Shown here piece after piece: positions 39,801 through 50,832 of a stretch of DNA of 64,000 nucleotides. The notes below the pieces were generated by a model, which did no database searches, was not told where the DNA came from, and saw only the letters and a program-made list of their open reading frames with translations. Source of the DNA: Phoronis australis (lineage: Eukaryota; Animalia; Phoronida). Position 1 is the first letter of the stretch. Every line of letters starts with the position of its first letter. The translations under genes and the position numbers were made by a program. The stretch covers positions 506,959 through 570,958 of the forward strand of contig NMRA01000181.1 of NCBI GenBank assembly GCA_002633005.1. Direction: 5' to 3'.

Positions 39801-42800
39801 AAATGAAACGGGAATAAGTTCACAAAATTATAGGATTAAAGGTGAGATTTAACGTGATCTGTGCCATCTTTCTACAACAGGCTCCGTCAACAGGCGTGTC
39901 AGTGTGCTTTACGAGATCTTAAGTAAGCGAGCTTATATATCTGCAAGCTACGTAACTGTTGGTTCTCATTGGTGATGTGTTTGGTTATGTCGACAGAACA
40001 AGGCTCTCCTGGGAAATAAAACGGCCACCGTGACTTCAGCTAAAGGCAATTGGTTCCTTTTAGAATGGATAACCAGCATAGCACTAATTACAAAAAAAAC
40101 ACAAACAACAGAATCTCAAATGGAGTTTAAAGTACATTTTGAATGTTCATAAATGTTGGAGATACTTTCTAGAATGAATTTTATTTCCCTAAATAGAGCC
40201 CGATTACATGTTAATACTTGTATTGCATAACTCGGACTATACGTATATGAACAAACCCAAAAAATGCAGGGTATTATGTCCTAGACCTCAAGTCAAGCAC
40301 AGCATTCGTTGAACAGCACATCAGACACTGTACAGGTTATTAGACATATCTCTTGCACAAACCTTTCTTTAAGCTGGCGATAAATGCCTCTTTCAGCTCT
40401 GTTCCAATGCCCAGCTGATCGTCAGAGTTGAGAAGGTTAGTCAACAACAGGTGGAGTATCTCAGTGCTCACTTCCTGTAAACCACCTTCTGGACTACCCG
40501 AAGTGTCTGCGTGAAACAAGAACAGTGTGGTCATTAAAGCCTAACAAAGTTTGCAAAAACTACTGATCATAATCGAATATCAAGAACTCAACTCAAAATC
40601 TACACCAGAATGAAGGCAGTCAACTTGTTTGATTTGTGCATTATTAGCAAAGTATGGCAGATAATCAAATACTTCAACCATGACACAAAAGACTAGCTGA
40701 GAGAACTGCCAGACAACTCCCACTCTATACGCAGACTGGATAAGACCTGAAGCTCAAGTCTAAGAGGAAGGCAAAACTTGCCTCACATGGACACCATGTG
40801 AAGAGCCACGTAACTGTGATCTTAGCAGTGAACAATTCAATGCACTTGTGTTACCAGGAATAGTTGATAAGACTAGCTTTTGGGCAAAGACGCAAGGAAT
40901 TTAAAACTTATTGTAACCAGGAATGTGTTCCGCAAATGAAATAAATTAGATTGTATTTGTGACAAGAAATAATCACTTATGGAACTGAAACAGTACCATA
41001 ATGCAACACCTCAACCTCACCGACCAATCACTGCAGTGACAGCCATTTTGCAAGGTTATGCTACAAAGCTCACCGAACGTACTTACGAAACACAAGCATG
41101 ACTTTGCATGGTCTTGCATGACCTCGCTTTTCTTACAAGAAAGTTGGTCTACAGAACACCAGTCTGGTATACCTGATACAATCCAGCACTGGTGCCTGTA
41201 TATGGCACCACCCAGGCCGAATGCCAGCACAAACACAGTTAACAGGTTCCACCAGTGACTCAGAGTTAAGTAATTAACTCAGTCGTGTGCATGTTCTATA
41301 CCATTGTGTCACACTTCTGCAAACAACTGTTAAAGAAATGTGGAACTTTCAGGCTCATTCCTTATCTCTGTGATTGCTTGGCCAAATTATTTAGAAACAC
41401 GACATAAAGTGATGCTGTGAATAATAAGTAGGTTAAAAATTGCTAAATGTTTTTAAGAACGAGTTTCGTGGCAAAAATGATCCGCCACCACTGAACTGTG
41501 TCCTGTAAGTACCGTGACGTGGTGCTGGGGAATAACACTGCATGATGCGGGCTATGTGAGCCCGCGAGATATGTCATTAGTGTAAAGATCGCCTATTTGC
41601 AGAATTTCTTGTTTTCACATTCGCAAGTTGTCAATGAATAAAACCGCACTTTGTTTAGCATAGCTCATGTTCAAATAGCATTCGTCATTTAGTTCCTGCA
41701 ATACATTAGCATAGTTAGGAGCATGCAAATACATCTTTATCCGAATTAAGCATTCTGTTCTTTCCTACAAGTTTTACATAAAAACAATAGTAGAGCAAGC
41801 ACTGAACCAGACATTAACTCACCCGAGTCGATGTAGGAGCTCAACAAATCTGGTAGTTTCTGCTTGACAAACTGGAGAGCAAAGCTTCTGGTTGGCGCCA
41901 CTGACGACTGCAGTAGGGCCAAGGCAAAGACCACTTCCTGTACTCGCGAGAGCTTCAGTAGTTTGCTCAACTGAGGCACAAGTTGAGCAGTGGGACGTAG
42001 AGTCTGCAAAAATAGCTTAAACTCAGGCATGCTCATTGCTAGGAGACGTGAATGTTGTCATAGAAACTGCCAAGGGGCGGACCATAGAACCATTCCAGAT
42101 TAACACTGGTTGATTAGAAATTTGGTGAATGAATATGGGCAGAAAAGACTTTCCGAGAACTATATTAACTCCAGGCTGAATCCCCCACTCCACGTTCACA
42201 GATTCATGGCCACAGGTAAACAAAAGTACTCACCTTTTGATGATGCAGAGGATTATCTATAGCGTAACACAGTATAGAGACAAAGTTAGGCTTGGCTATC
42301 AGTGAGACACACTCCTGTGTCAACAACTGGATCTGAAAATCACAATGGAATAAACAATAGACATTCTAAACAAAGACCAGCAGGTCAATACTTTCTACTT
42401 CAAAGTCCAATTTTTAAGTTGGTACAGGGAGACCACGGTTCTCCATGACCTGTTTCAACGTGTCATTTCAATCTATTTGGCAGCAATTGAGACATGTTTG
42501 AAAGACACTTGACACATTGGTCTCATCTAGATGACTATCAGGATGTCTAACTGGACGCCTGGAATCAAATCAAGACACCCTATCTAGGACACCTTGTTCA
42601 ACATTTGGATGCCAAAGCTAAGTAATTATGTGTCTCTATTAACTCCATAGTGCTCAGTGTTCTCCACAACACAAAATTCAAAGCTCGAAAGGAATTACAA
42701 AATTCATGACCATATTCATAAGGCCATGTATATACAGTAGGAAGCTACGTCTTGAAATAAATGTCCTGACCTTGTATCAAAAGCCCCACATGTCCTAAAC

Positions 42801-45800
42801 TGAAATATCTGAACTCCTCCCCACATATCTGAATGGCCATCCAACACGTTTGGATTTTTAGTTGTGAACATTGCTAGACACTAAAAATGTGACCAGTTTA
42901 TAAGTTGAAAAAAAAAAAACGTGCAGTGGGATCACTATTTACATACATTGGGCAAAAAGATGGGTATATGTGCACTTAAAATAGCGTGCAACTGTTAGTA
43001 CTGTTGTACCACAGAAAAAATCGGTCACTTCGTACTTCTGGCCCGTTTGATGGGGTTCATGCACTTCAGACGCATTTGGATTTTTACTTGTTGGGAACAT
43101 TGGAGATCACCAATGTTTTTGTTTCCCAATGCAATCTCTTACCTGCATATATTATAGGGTAGCCCCAAAAAACGTGTATATTTCGACCAATCCAACACAA
43201 ATCCATTTACTTTTTCCAACTTCTGTCTATGGATGACCGTCCCACAAAGTTTAATCATGAGCATCATTTTGCTTTGAACTGAATGTTCTTTCCAAAATAA
43301 TAGCATTTCAACGTTTGTTTTTTGCGGAAGTCATCTGAACAAACCCATTGCGTAACACTGGAAATCTGCCAACAACGTGACAATGAAGAATAATTTACAA
43401 AAATGGCAAAATTCCACTACTTAACAACCCCTGGCAGTTGTAGGGGCGCTGAACATGTCCCCCTCCCATACATCCACCTTACAAGTAACACACCCTTTAC
43501 ACCCCCATTTGAATTGAAATGAATTCATATCAGTCTGGTGATAAGTGACTATCATTCAGTTTTTTTAGCCTGTTATGATAAGTGATAAGAAATCGTATAA
43601 ATTATCAACACTGACGATGAACCTTCCAAAAAATATCATATCGACCGTTGGTGTGGATTCTTATCAAACATTAATATCATATGATACCATTCACGTGAAT
43701 TCACAGAAATGGTTGCTGTGAATTCCTAGAAAATCTTTTGTGATAAACCAAAACAGCCTGAGTGTTTCAATGAGTCCTACACTGAATAATACTATAAACT
43801 GACAGTACCCACATTGGAAGCAAATGACAAGTCTAATTTGAAATGCTGCATGAAACTCCTCAGGGCCCTCAGCCACCTGAAGAGAAAAGCGCCTGTGCCT
43901 TCCTAGAGGTCAACCCCTTCTCTAACTGAGATGATAATTTTTAATTACTGAAAGAGGATTTTTGGGCCTGATGAGGTGAATTTCACTATTTTCAAAATTT
44001 TTCAAAAGGGAATGGGGCTAATATTCAGCCTCAAAATCAAGGCAGGGAGGGCCATGTTCCTTTCTGTTTAAAATTAAATTAAATTTGTACTTTAACAATT
44101 TAACAACGAGACATGTCAAGGTAACAAGTTATTTCACAAGTCATGGCCTAGGTGATTCCACTTTCTAGGATACAGCGAGGGGCCCATTTTATGAAGCAAC
44201 TTTGGACATGCTTAAGTCAGAAATGCTGTCCTATGCCTCCGCTTAGCTGTAACAGTTTTTGCAATGCAAATTGTAGTAATCACAGTTCAGAAACAATACA
44301 TCAAAAGTGTATGATTAACAAGCAATGATGCATATAAGCTTAGACAATTTGTACATCGCTGAAGATAGATAACTTATTTTTGGAAATGGTTAAGGGAATT
44401 TTAGACATTTCAGATTTTGGCCAAGTCACCTTTCACAAAACAAAGACCAGATCTCAGAAATTCACTAGATCAAATGCTTTAACAGGGCACTCATACATCA
44501 GAGGGGAAAGTTGGCCATGCCTTCTGAGAGGGGATTTCTTCAGGTGAGGAGAAAATTCTACCTAGAGACCACAATCAATAGCACCGCTCACCCTGCTGTA
44601 AGCCCTCATAGGCTCTGCCTCAATTAGCCAAAACGGACAAATCGTGGTCTTTCAAATTGTCACATATGTGAGTTACAATGATTCGAACCTCGAGGGGAAT
44701 TTTTCAATCAAGGGGAATTTTTTGGGCCTCATGAGGGCAATTTTGCGTGATTTTTCAATATTTTTAAGAGGAGAATGGCCTAAATTTAAGTTAGCAACCT
44801 TACAGTATAGAGCGAAATATCATATTCACCATCCCAATGTTTCATCTTCTGATTATAAAATTTAAATACAAATAATAAATATCTTTCCGTCTGAAATTTG
44901 AGACACAGAATAATTATAATGCTCAAAGTCGGGAATTTCTAGAAATAGGCAATATTAGTTGTCCCAACTTCAAGAATCACCAGAAAGAAAGCAAAATCAC
45001 TCTGTAGATTAAAAATTTGAGAAATATGGTTAACGCCAAAACCGCCCTTGTCCCAAACTCTAAAATCAAGAAATGTCACTTTTTGTGAGTTTCCGTGTCC
45101 CAAATTCTGGAGACTGTTTGGAGAATTTTTTAACATTGTTATTGTGGTCAAAAACACGATTAGCTGACAGATGTCAAAACCAATACTGACCTGGTGGAAG
45201 TCTTTTCCAGTATTCTTTGAATCTGTACTAAAATCTATACACGAGAACAAGCACCTGAAGAGATGCTCGTCTGCTTCAGGCCCGTGCTGGCCTACAAGCT
45301 GAAACAGACAGTAGAGAGCAGGTTCGAGGCATCTGGCACTACTGAAGATGACCGAACAACAAATGACTGTAGTGTCACGTGAAACTGTGGCAACAAGTGA
45401 CTTGAGGGTGAACTGGTCCAGAGTAAAAGAGCTTTAAGACATGTGAACTGACACTCCACAAACATATGCAGAATACAAATGAGTATTTGATGATGGGGTT
45501 TGATGCAAGTTCTTTTGTTAACAATCTACTATTTGCCTACTGGCTATTCAGCTTAGACTCTGAAATGTTATCATACACCCTTAGTCCATGTTTAACGTTT
45601 GACAACATATTAAGCTTCATACCATCCAGACTTTTTTCAACACATATTTTCCTCTCAATAGCAATGAGTATGCCTGTCGAAATAGCATTTGCAACTTTCG
45701 TCTTTATAACTGTGCGAGACCATCATTGTGGTTCAACCATCTGTGTCTGATAATTTGGGAAATTTCACCCGCAACCCTGCTCGTATTTTTCAAATGCATT

Positions 45801-48093
45801 GTGGGATGGTTGTCGACCCGTAAACATCCGGTGTCATCGCAAATTTCTTGGCAGAAGTATAAGTTCGACTACAACATGCTTTTTGGTGCGAATACCATAC
45901 AACTCAGCAACCATCATAGCTAACCTCCTAATGAATTGCATTAATACATGGACTGACAAAATCTTTTGCACGAAACATTTTCAAGCAAGTGCATTCAGAT
46001 CAAGATGAATTTACCTTAAGCGCTACCTAGATAATCATAAACCTGATTCCATGTCTTCTGCGATCCAAGTTATGTGATGTCACCAGCTGTTTATGAACCG
46101 ACAATCGACCCGCAATGCATTTCAAGGTACCTAAACTACACGGTTAACGGACTCATAAACACGGTCAAGGATGCATGAACACAACTCACGGACCTGCAAA
46201 CACCGTCCACTGACTCACAAACACGGAAACGGACTCACAAAACACGATCCATTCATCCAAATACACGGGACACGGACTCACATTCACGAAGAAACATGGT
46301 TAACGGACCGCCAAACACAGGTCACGGACTCATCGGCTTTGTGGGTCAGCTGACATCTACATTTTGTCTATAAACCGTGTTTTGCGGTTCGTTAACAGTG
46401 TTTCTTCGAGAATGTGAGTCCGTGTCTCATGTATTTGGGTGAATGGATTGTGTTTTGTGAGTCCGTTTCCGTGTTTGTGAGTCAGTGGACGGTGTTTGCA
46501 GGTCCATGAATTGTGTTCATGCGTCCATGACTGTGTTTAAGAGCCAGTTAACCATGTAGTTTAGGTACCTTGCATTTGAAAAACAACTGCAGCACTGTAA
46601 ATGAATTCCTATGAACCACACTTGACTGTTTCCAAGAAATATGTCTGTTTTTTCCTGGGCTCAACATTTAAAATTTATCCCCAATATTTTGCAACAGACA
46701 GACTGACAGTCTCATTGTCTCTAAGTACATAATGTGGCACATTGTCTAAAGAACATCAAAAGCTTTAAACGGAAAACGAATTCACCCCCAAGTGTACTCA
46801 TACCCAGCTGAAATCATAGCCAGGTCAACAACCACTTGGCTTAATTCTCATTTTCATTTGCACAATAATGAGCAACATTGAGCCACTTTACCTTAAAATG
46901 ACAGGATTGTTTTGACTAGAATCATTGCTTTCCAATATAAGTCAGTTTTGGAACACTTGAGTTAGCTGATGTAGGTACAAATCGCAGGTACGCGTATGCT
47001 CAGCAACTCATCAGAGTGTAAGCAACTTGACAATGACAGGTCACTACACAAATAGGTCACTCTAGTGGACTTTCTTGAAAAATAAAACACTTCTTGAAAA
47101 CTGGGCATCCAGTCATCAACTATGAAAATTTATCTGCAGATGGAGAAAAGCAAACAACTGCATATGTTAACTGAAAACCAACTTGTCTTGAACAACTTCA
47201 GCAAGAGCTAGTTGACCTCAATTGCAATCAAAAATGTGACAACACGCAGTGTTGGCTTGCGTAGTAAATGGACAACATTGCATGAGATCCAGCCAAAATA
47301 AAACCACAAACATTGTATCTCTTTATAATTTTTAGTTTAATGTATTATCCAAGAGACTGCAATAGCTGCACTTATTCGGTTCTAACTTTCAAATGATAAA
47401 ATAGAAAATAAATCTTTAACGCTTGCAACAGTACTAGGTCACACGTTTATCTTCCAAAGCAGCAAGTCTCATTCTACAGCTACAAGTGAACTGGGTATCA
47501 CAGGCTGCTAAAATTCAAGTCACTCAAACATTGCAGGGCAGTTTACAGCCAGTTTTCAATAAGACTGGAATCCATACATTTTTATGCCTCATTTACAGAC
47601 AGGTCGCGTGTCTAGATTCTACAGGCATTGGCAAAAATCGAGTTAGTGAGCATTTGACAACTATTTTTGAAGCCTTGGAAGTGGTTTACTGGGACAATGT
47701 AGATAATTTCACCATGAGCATACCATTTCACATTATCTTTTAGCCTGAATTTTAACAAAAGAAAAGTGTCAATTGTTGCGAAAATACAAAGCTGCATTTA
47801 CCTTTGCCAGGGCAGATTTCCTCAATCTTGCACGTAGTCGTAAACAACAGAAAATGCGAACAGGAGAAGCAAACAATTTGATTAAACAGCAACTCGTTTC
47901 AAACGAATTTTGCACATTAAGGTCAACGTTTTTTAATGTTTATATTTGGCCAAAACCATACGCAATATGGACTATACTAGTATATACTTACGTGTAAAAT
48001 TTCCGATACACTCGACTTAAAATTCTTCTTTGTTAAGTTTGTCACCGAATAACTGATTTGAGACAAGGCAAATGTCAGCGAGTCTAGATTCAT
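12819..48093 (-). CDS. CNOT1: CCR4-NOT transcription complex subunit 1, complete gene, 41 coding exons, ~2385 aa
   Basis: Starts [25 protein letters not shown]; contains [43 protein letters not shown] and [23 protein letters not shown]. All 40 introns are GT-AG with consistent phases; exon sum 7158 nt. Confidence 0.98.
13017..14123. repeat. ~400-bp duplication (13017-13415 and 13725-14123) across N at 13416; probable two haplotypes
   Basis: Near-identical copies separated by an N and a transposon end. Confidence 0.8.
13417..13724. mobile_element. Terminus of a Tc2/pogo-like (TcMar) DNA element inserted at a TA
   Basis: Ends ...gggcggttattacggcgaatacgg|TA (reverse complement TA|CCGTATTCGCCGTAATAACCGCCC); the other copy shows the empty TA site at 13017-13018. 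Confidence 0.65.
14162..15123. mobile_element. Degenerate non-autonomous DNA element with GGCGGAT(C/T)TAG ends, containing a tRNA-like A/B-box segment (~14820-14873)
   Basis: Left end cataggcggatttag, right end ctagatccgacactg, G/C-run subtermini; no clear TSD. Confidence 0.5.
15176..15443 (-). CDS. CNOT1: CNOT1 exon 40
   Basis: [23 protein letters not shown]...HCAREIE; GT-AG. Confidence 0.92.
15541..15984. mobile_element. Foldback element: head-to-head tRNA(Ser-CGA-like)-derived SINE palindrome, ~210-bp arms
   Basis: 15541-15750 is the near reverse complement of 15777-15984. Minus strand 15774-15698 has A box TGGTGTAGTGG, GGACTCGAA and B box GGTTCAAATCC. Confidence 0.8.
16663..16843 (-). 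CDS. CNOT1: CNOT1 exon 39
   Basis: [22 protein letters not shown]...DLDTE. Confidence 0.95.
17729..17797 (-). CDS. CNOT1: CNOT1 exon 38
   Basis: [23 protein letters not shown]. Confidence 0.95.
18057..18314 (-). CDS. CNOT1: CNOT1 exon 37
   Basis: [21 protein letters not shown]...FKK. Confidence 0.96.
18770..18989 (-). CDS. CNOT1: CNOT1 exon 36
   Basis: [25 protein letters not shown]...LLYK. Confidence 0.96.
19203..19366 (-). CDS. CNOT1: CNOT1 exon 35
   Basis: [29 protein letters not shown]. Confidence 0.95.
19617..19745. mobile_element. Truncated copy of the CAGGGCTTGGAA-TIR MITE family
   Basis: ggcttggaatgaccaatgagaaaaaagaggaaaaatttccaggtgatgta... aligns with 50421 onward. Confidence 0.7.
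19979..20215 (-). CDS. CNOT1: CNOT1 exon 34
   Basis: [18 protein letters not shown]...KINLLNK. Confidence 0.96.
20531..21041. mobile_element. hAT-like non-autonomous element with 6-bp TSD
   Basis: TIR CAGGGCTTGGAAT / ATTCCAAGCCCTG, flanked by ATACAC on both sides. Confidence 0.85.
21087..21321 (-). CDS. CNOT1: CNOT1 exon 33
   Basis: [30 protein letters not shown]. Confidence 0.95.
21658..21725 (-). CDS. CNOT1: CNOT1 exon 32
   Basis: [22 protein letters not shown]. Confidence 0.92.
22446..22653 (-). CDS. CNOT1: CNOT1 exon 31
   Basis: [21 protein letters not shown]...QINE. Confidence 0.95.
23430..23587 (-). CDS. CNOT1: CNOT1 exon 30
   Basis: AVEGLLDG...[28 protein letters not shown]. Confidence 0.95.
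23939..24124 (-). CDS. CNOT1: CNOT1 exon 29
   Basis: [13 protein letters not shown]...ALALLQK. Confidence 0.93.
24581..24808 (-). CDS. CNOT1: CNOT1 exon 28
   Basis: [18 protein letters not shown]...[12 protein letters not shown]. Confidence 0.95.
25179..25319 (-). CDS. CNOT1: CNOT1 exon 27
   Basis: [14 protein letters not shown]...[20 protein letters not shown]. Confidence 0.95.
25652..25807 (-). CDS. CNOT1: CNOT1 exon 26
   Basis: [35 protein letters not shown]. Confidence 0.95.
26220..26705 (-). CDS. CNOT1: CNOT1 exon 25 (polyQ, P/T-rich linker)
   Basis: [10 protein letters not shown]...QQQQQQQQ...[29 protein letters not shown]. Confidence 0.93.
26978..27112 (-). CDS. CNOT1: CNOT1 exon 24
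   Basis: [20 protein letters not shown]...[13 protein letters not shown]. Confidence 0.95.
27433..27660 (-). CDS. CNOT1: CNOT1 exon 23
   Basis: [26 protein letters not shown]...VVPFVAK. Confidence 0.96.
28197..28376 (-). CDS. CNOT1: CNOT1 exon 22
   Basis: [22 protein letters not shown]. Confidence 0.96.
28762..28902 (-). CDS. CNOT1: CNOT1 exon 21
   Basis: [12 protein letters not shown]...[19 protein letters not shown]. Confidence 0.95.
29247..29640 (-). CDS. CNOT1: CNOT1 exon 20
   Basis: [18 protein letters not shown]...[11 protein letters not shown], then a Thr-rich linker. Confidence 0.95.
29843..29967 (-). CDS. CNOT1: CNOT1 exon 19
   Basis: [25 protein letters not shown]. Confidence 0.96.
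30396..30580 (-). CDS. CNOT1: CNOT1 exon 18
   Basis: [23 protein letters not shown]. Confidence 0.95.
30882..31001 (-). CDS. CNOT1: CNOT1 exon 17 (low-complexity linker, phase 1-1)
   Basis: [18 protein letters not shown]...ERLRT; gtag acceptor, weak gtgggg donor. Confidence 0.75.
31221..31442. mobile_element. Foldback MITE flanked by TTAA (piggyBac-like)
   Basis: TTAA|cacaaacttcattgaagaca...tgtcttgaatgaagagtgtg|TTAA with nested internal hairpins. Confidence 0.75.
31655..31826 (-). CDS. CNOT1: CNOT1 exon 16
   Basis: [10 protein letters not shown]...APGSPAKP...SQLQ; phase 0-1. Confidence 0.85.
32573..32747 (-). CDS. CNOT1: CNOT1 exon 15
   Basis: [15 protein letters not shown]...KARQSQP. Confidence 0.88.
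33218..33366 (-). CDS. CNOT1: CNOT1 exon 14
   Basis: [16 protein letters not shown]...[15 protein letters not shown]. Confidence 0.93.
33677..33916 (-). CDS. CNOT1: CNOT1 exon 13
   Basis: IMHSMAEWY...[14 protein letters not shown]...[19 protein letters not shown]. Confidence 0.96.
34288..34395 (-). CDS. CNOT1: CNOT1 exon 12
   Basis: [36 protein letters not shown]. Confidence 0.95.
34762..35167. repeat. Minisatellite, 7 identical copies of a 58-bp unit
   Basis: Unit acaattgcaaaccgcattcattgtaaagcccagtgaagcattaagtaccgtttatggg; 406 bp = 7 x 58, begins right after N at 34761. Confidence 0.95.
35920..36052 (-). CDS. CNOT1: CNOT1 exon 11
   Basis: [16 protein letters not shown]...[18 protein letters not shown]. 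Confidence 0.95.
36408..36703 (-). CDS. CNOT1: CNOT1 exon 10
   Basis: [18 protein letters not shown]...DENRDIAT. Confidence 0.95.
37100..37210 (-). CDS. CNOT1: CNOT1 exon 9
   Basis: [16 protein letters not shown]...[14 protein letters not shown]. Confidence 0.92.
37618..37744 (-). CDS. CNOT1: CNOT1 exon 8
   Basis: [31 protein letters not shown]. Confidence 0.94.
38289..38344 (-). CDS. CNOT1: CNOT1 exon 7
   Basis: [18 protein letters not shown]. Confidence 0.9.
39627..39733 (-). CDS. CNOT1: CNOT1 exon 6
   Basis: [16 protein letters not shown]...PQNM. Confidence 0.92.
40363..40506 (-). CDS. CNOT1: CNOT1 exon 5
   Basis: [16 protein letters not shown]...[10 protein letters not shown]. Confidence 0.92.
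41823..42003 (-). CDS. CNOT1: CNOT1 exon 4
   Basis: [26 protein letters not shown]...[14 protein letters not shown]. Confidence 0.94.
42234..42332 (-). CDS. CNOT1: CNOT1 exon 3
   Basis: [33 protein letters not shown]. Confidence 0.95.
45191..45298 (-). CDS. CNOT1: CNOT1 exon 2
   Basis: [24 protein letters not shown]...GKDFHQ. Confidence 0.95.
46123..46572. mobile_element. Foldback MITE with ~200-bp modular TIRs and 5-bp TSD
   Basis: CATTT|caaggtacctaaactaca...tgtagtttaggtaccttg|CATTT; arms built of acacggactca-like subrepeats. Confidence 0.85.
47992..48093 (-). CDS. CNOT1: CNOT1 first coding exon
   Basis: [34 protein letters not shown]/gtaagt. Confidence 0.95.
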
Positions 48094-48224
48094 TCTAATT
48101 CCATGTACACTGCGATGAAAGCCTCAAACTCATTTGGGGCTTTCCGCGGAGGTACATAGATCACCAAACATAAACTACAAATCCAAAAAGGGCCTCGAAA
48201 GTGAAACTTTCTTCAGCTACCTCA

Positions 48225-48256
48225 TCATGGCGGCATCGCAAGGGCGGCCATTTTGG
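48225..48256 (-). promoter_or_regulatory. YY1-like motif and short uORF in the CNOT1 5' leader
   Basis: Minus strand CAAAATGGCCGCC; ATG at 48251 opens MAALAMPP*; ~150 nt upstream of the CNOT1 ATG. Confidence 0.5.
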
Positions 48257-50420
48257 ATCCCACTCTTTTCTGTTCGTGTATTTCCGTAAAGTGACATGTT
48301 TTTGTTTTGAATATTCTGTAACTTGTGAATTACTGGTTGTAAAATGAAAGAGTAGACACTTTGGAAAATTGTAGTTTATTATGTTGATAGGTAAAAATTA
48401 AATAAGTCAAATTCAGCAAAAATCAACTTGATCATGTGACATACCATGTGATCGTCTCTTCGTGTGTTTGGTGTCGTACATAAAACAGCGACGTTGTTCT
48501 CAGTGGCCGGTGGAACAAGCAGAGTTCGAAGTCATCGATGCTGCATCACATTCAGAACGCATTATATGGTTATATGCCAATAACAGAGAGATAAATAGCA
48601 ATCAATGACAACGTAGTCCATGTCCATGAGCCTCGTAAAAATTCCGTTGGGGCGGTGATAACTGATCAGCGGACAGTGCCTGGCCCGGATCTGACGCCCT
48701 ACTTAAGCGTACAGGCCTACACTTAATTTCATGGGCATAAATTCGGTCTCCTAAAATTCGAGACAGTGAAAGAAATAACTCTAGCTTCTGTTACACAGAC
48801 GAGCCACAAAACCATCAACGCGAGACTGGGCTCAATAAAATGTTTCCGAGTCACGGTCGGTTAATATTGGGGTTTGGGACATCTCGCGATCCCCGGCCGC
48901 CCGGCGGCGCCGCTTATGGTAGGGTGAGCAAACCAAAAATATGAATTTAATCAGAATCATTCAAAAATAATCTCAAATGATTGCTTTTGACCTGCCATTT
49001 GCTTATCTTTTTGAATGTTTGAAATCCGTTGAACGGTTTTCGAGATATTTTAATTTTCGACGGCCCTCAAAGGCCTTAGTTTCAGCAAATGAGGCTCGCC
49101 ATTTCGAGACCCAAAAATAGCATGTTTGGGCACCTGTATTAGAGAAGGTATAAGTAATTATTTACCTTTAAAAAATCATATAGGAAGTATTTCTCATGTA
49201 GGTGAACAACATAAAACAAAGATTGTACCATGAGAAGTTGTATTTTTCGTTATAAAAAATGACAAAAATCGAAAAATTCACACTCGACTTTTTTCGGTTT
49301 GTGACGACGCATTTTTGCGTTCTGGGACCATCTTCAAAGACCAGTATCTCTGGAAGTAGATCAGAACGAGTGTTCAGACGTACACAAAAATTCTCCGCAA
49401 TATCAATTTCCACGCGAGAAAAACTTACCAAGGCCAACTTCCGTAAGCAAATTGCATTTCCGCGTACCCCTTATAACTCAGTGCCTCGAGTCAACGCCTT
49501 GACACATCACTTCATTAAAAAAGCAAAACAGGAGTTGCCTGTCACGAGAAGTCACCTTGGAACATGCAGTTCTATAATTGGAATATTTTTTAAAAAATAA
49601 TTTAGCCAGAAACTACAAACTCACGGCAGCCAAGGCGCAGTGAAGTTTTTTACGCAGCAAATATTAAGATTGTTGAGTTTAGCCTACAAACACTGACGTG
49701 ATCAGAATTCGTGTCTTCAAAAACATGGGCCAGTCTCTTGATCTTTGACTCTCAGGCTTTGCCAAGCCGGCTCTTTTTGCCGAAAGTATTTTAGGGACAA
49801 TCATACTTGTCGCAAGTCGAGTGTACATTTGAATACTGTTACGATCATGCACCAAGGAAATATAACACAATTTTCAAACAAAACTGGTAGTTTCACATGA
49901 TGTTATATACAAGTACGTCTAATAGACTACCTCAGGGCTTCAGTGGGAAATAAAAGCATTATTTAGTCTAATACACTTCCTCGGTTGGGTTGTAGTGATC
50001 CTGTGGCGAAACGTCGGTCATGCGCAGTAGCTTAATAACTTTTCCAAAGCCTCAGTCACTACACTGCATGTTCGTGTTCGAGCGCTTAATTTAACCAGAC
50101 TTACATCTCAAAAAGCAATTTTTATTTAGACCATTTAACGTTGTGAAATTGGTCTCAAATTGCTCCTTAGACGCAAGTTTAGAACTTCGTTATAGCAGTG
50201 AACACCAGGCGCTATATAGTGTTGGCTTATCTCAGCATGTCCGGGTCTTATCATGAAGCCAATACTAATTGCAGAGCGGTACGTGGCCTATATCATAAGT
50301 TCGCGCCTTGTGTGGAAGATTTTTATTAAACAAAACCGCCTTACAACGTACCATGCAATGATCTTTCAAAAACATTCTGTGCACAACAGTTGGCTAGGGA
50401 ATCGTGGAAAGGAACCCTGT

Positions 50421-50665
50421 CAGGGCTTGGAATGACCAATAGGAGAAATAGAGGAAGATTTTCAGGTGATGTATAGTTCCAAAAACAGACTTGTGTGACA
50501 GAAATATTTTTGTGTTGTAAATTTTAACTGAAAATAAAGTTTTTTGCACGAATAACACCAAAACACTGATAAAAAAGAGACAGAAAAGAGAGGAAACTGG
50601 AAATCAAATAAGAGGAAATTGAAACCAGAAGAAATCCTCTTAAAACAGAAAATTTCCAAGTCCTG
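50421..50665. mobile_element. hAT-like MITE with 6-bp TSD
   Basis: CCCTGT|cagggcttggaa...ttccaagtcctg|CCCTGT. Confidence 0.8.
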
Positions 50666-50832
50666 CCCTGTCAAAGATACTATCTTTGGCCCTGTGTTAC
50701 TAATCGAGCCAACGTTTTCAGTTAGGTACGTTGCATCGCCAATCGACTGTTATATTATTTGTGTATCCCATGTTAGCTAGACAATACAGTGCTTATAAAC
50801 TTTAAAGCATTATTAAATCCGTGATTTCCGTC

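Noticed and set aside
41290-41420. SNORA50-like H/ACA snoRNA (ggccaagcaa on the minus strand)
   Set aside because: The matching 5' pocket and hairpin stems are missing; a chance short match.
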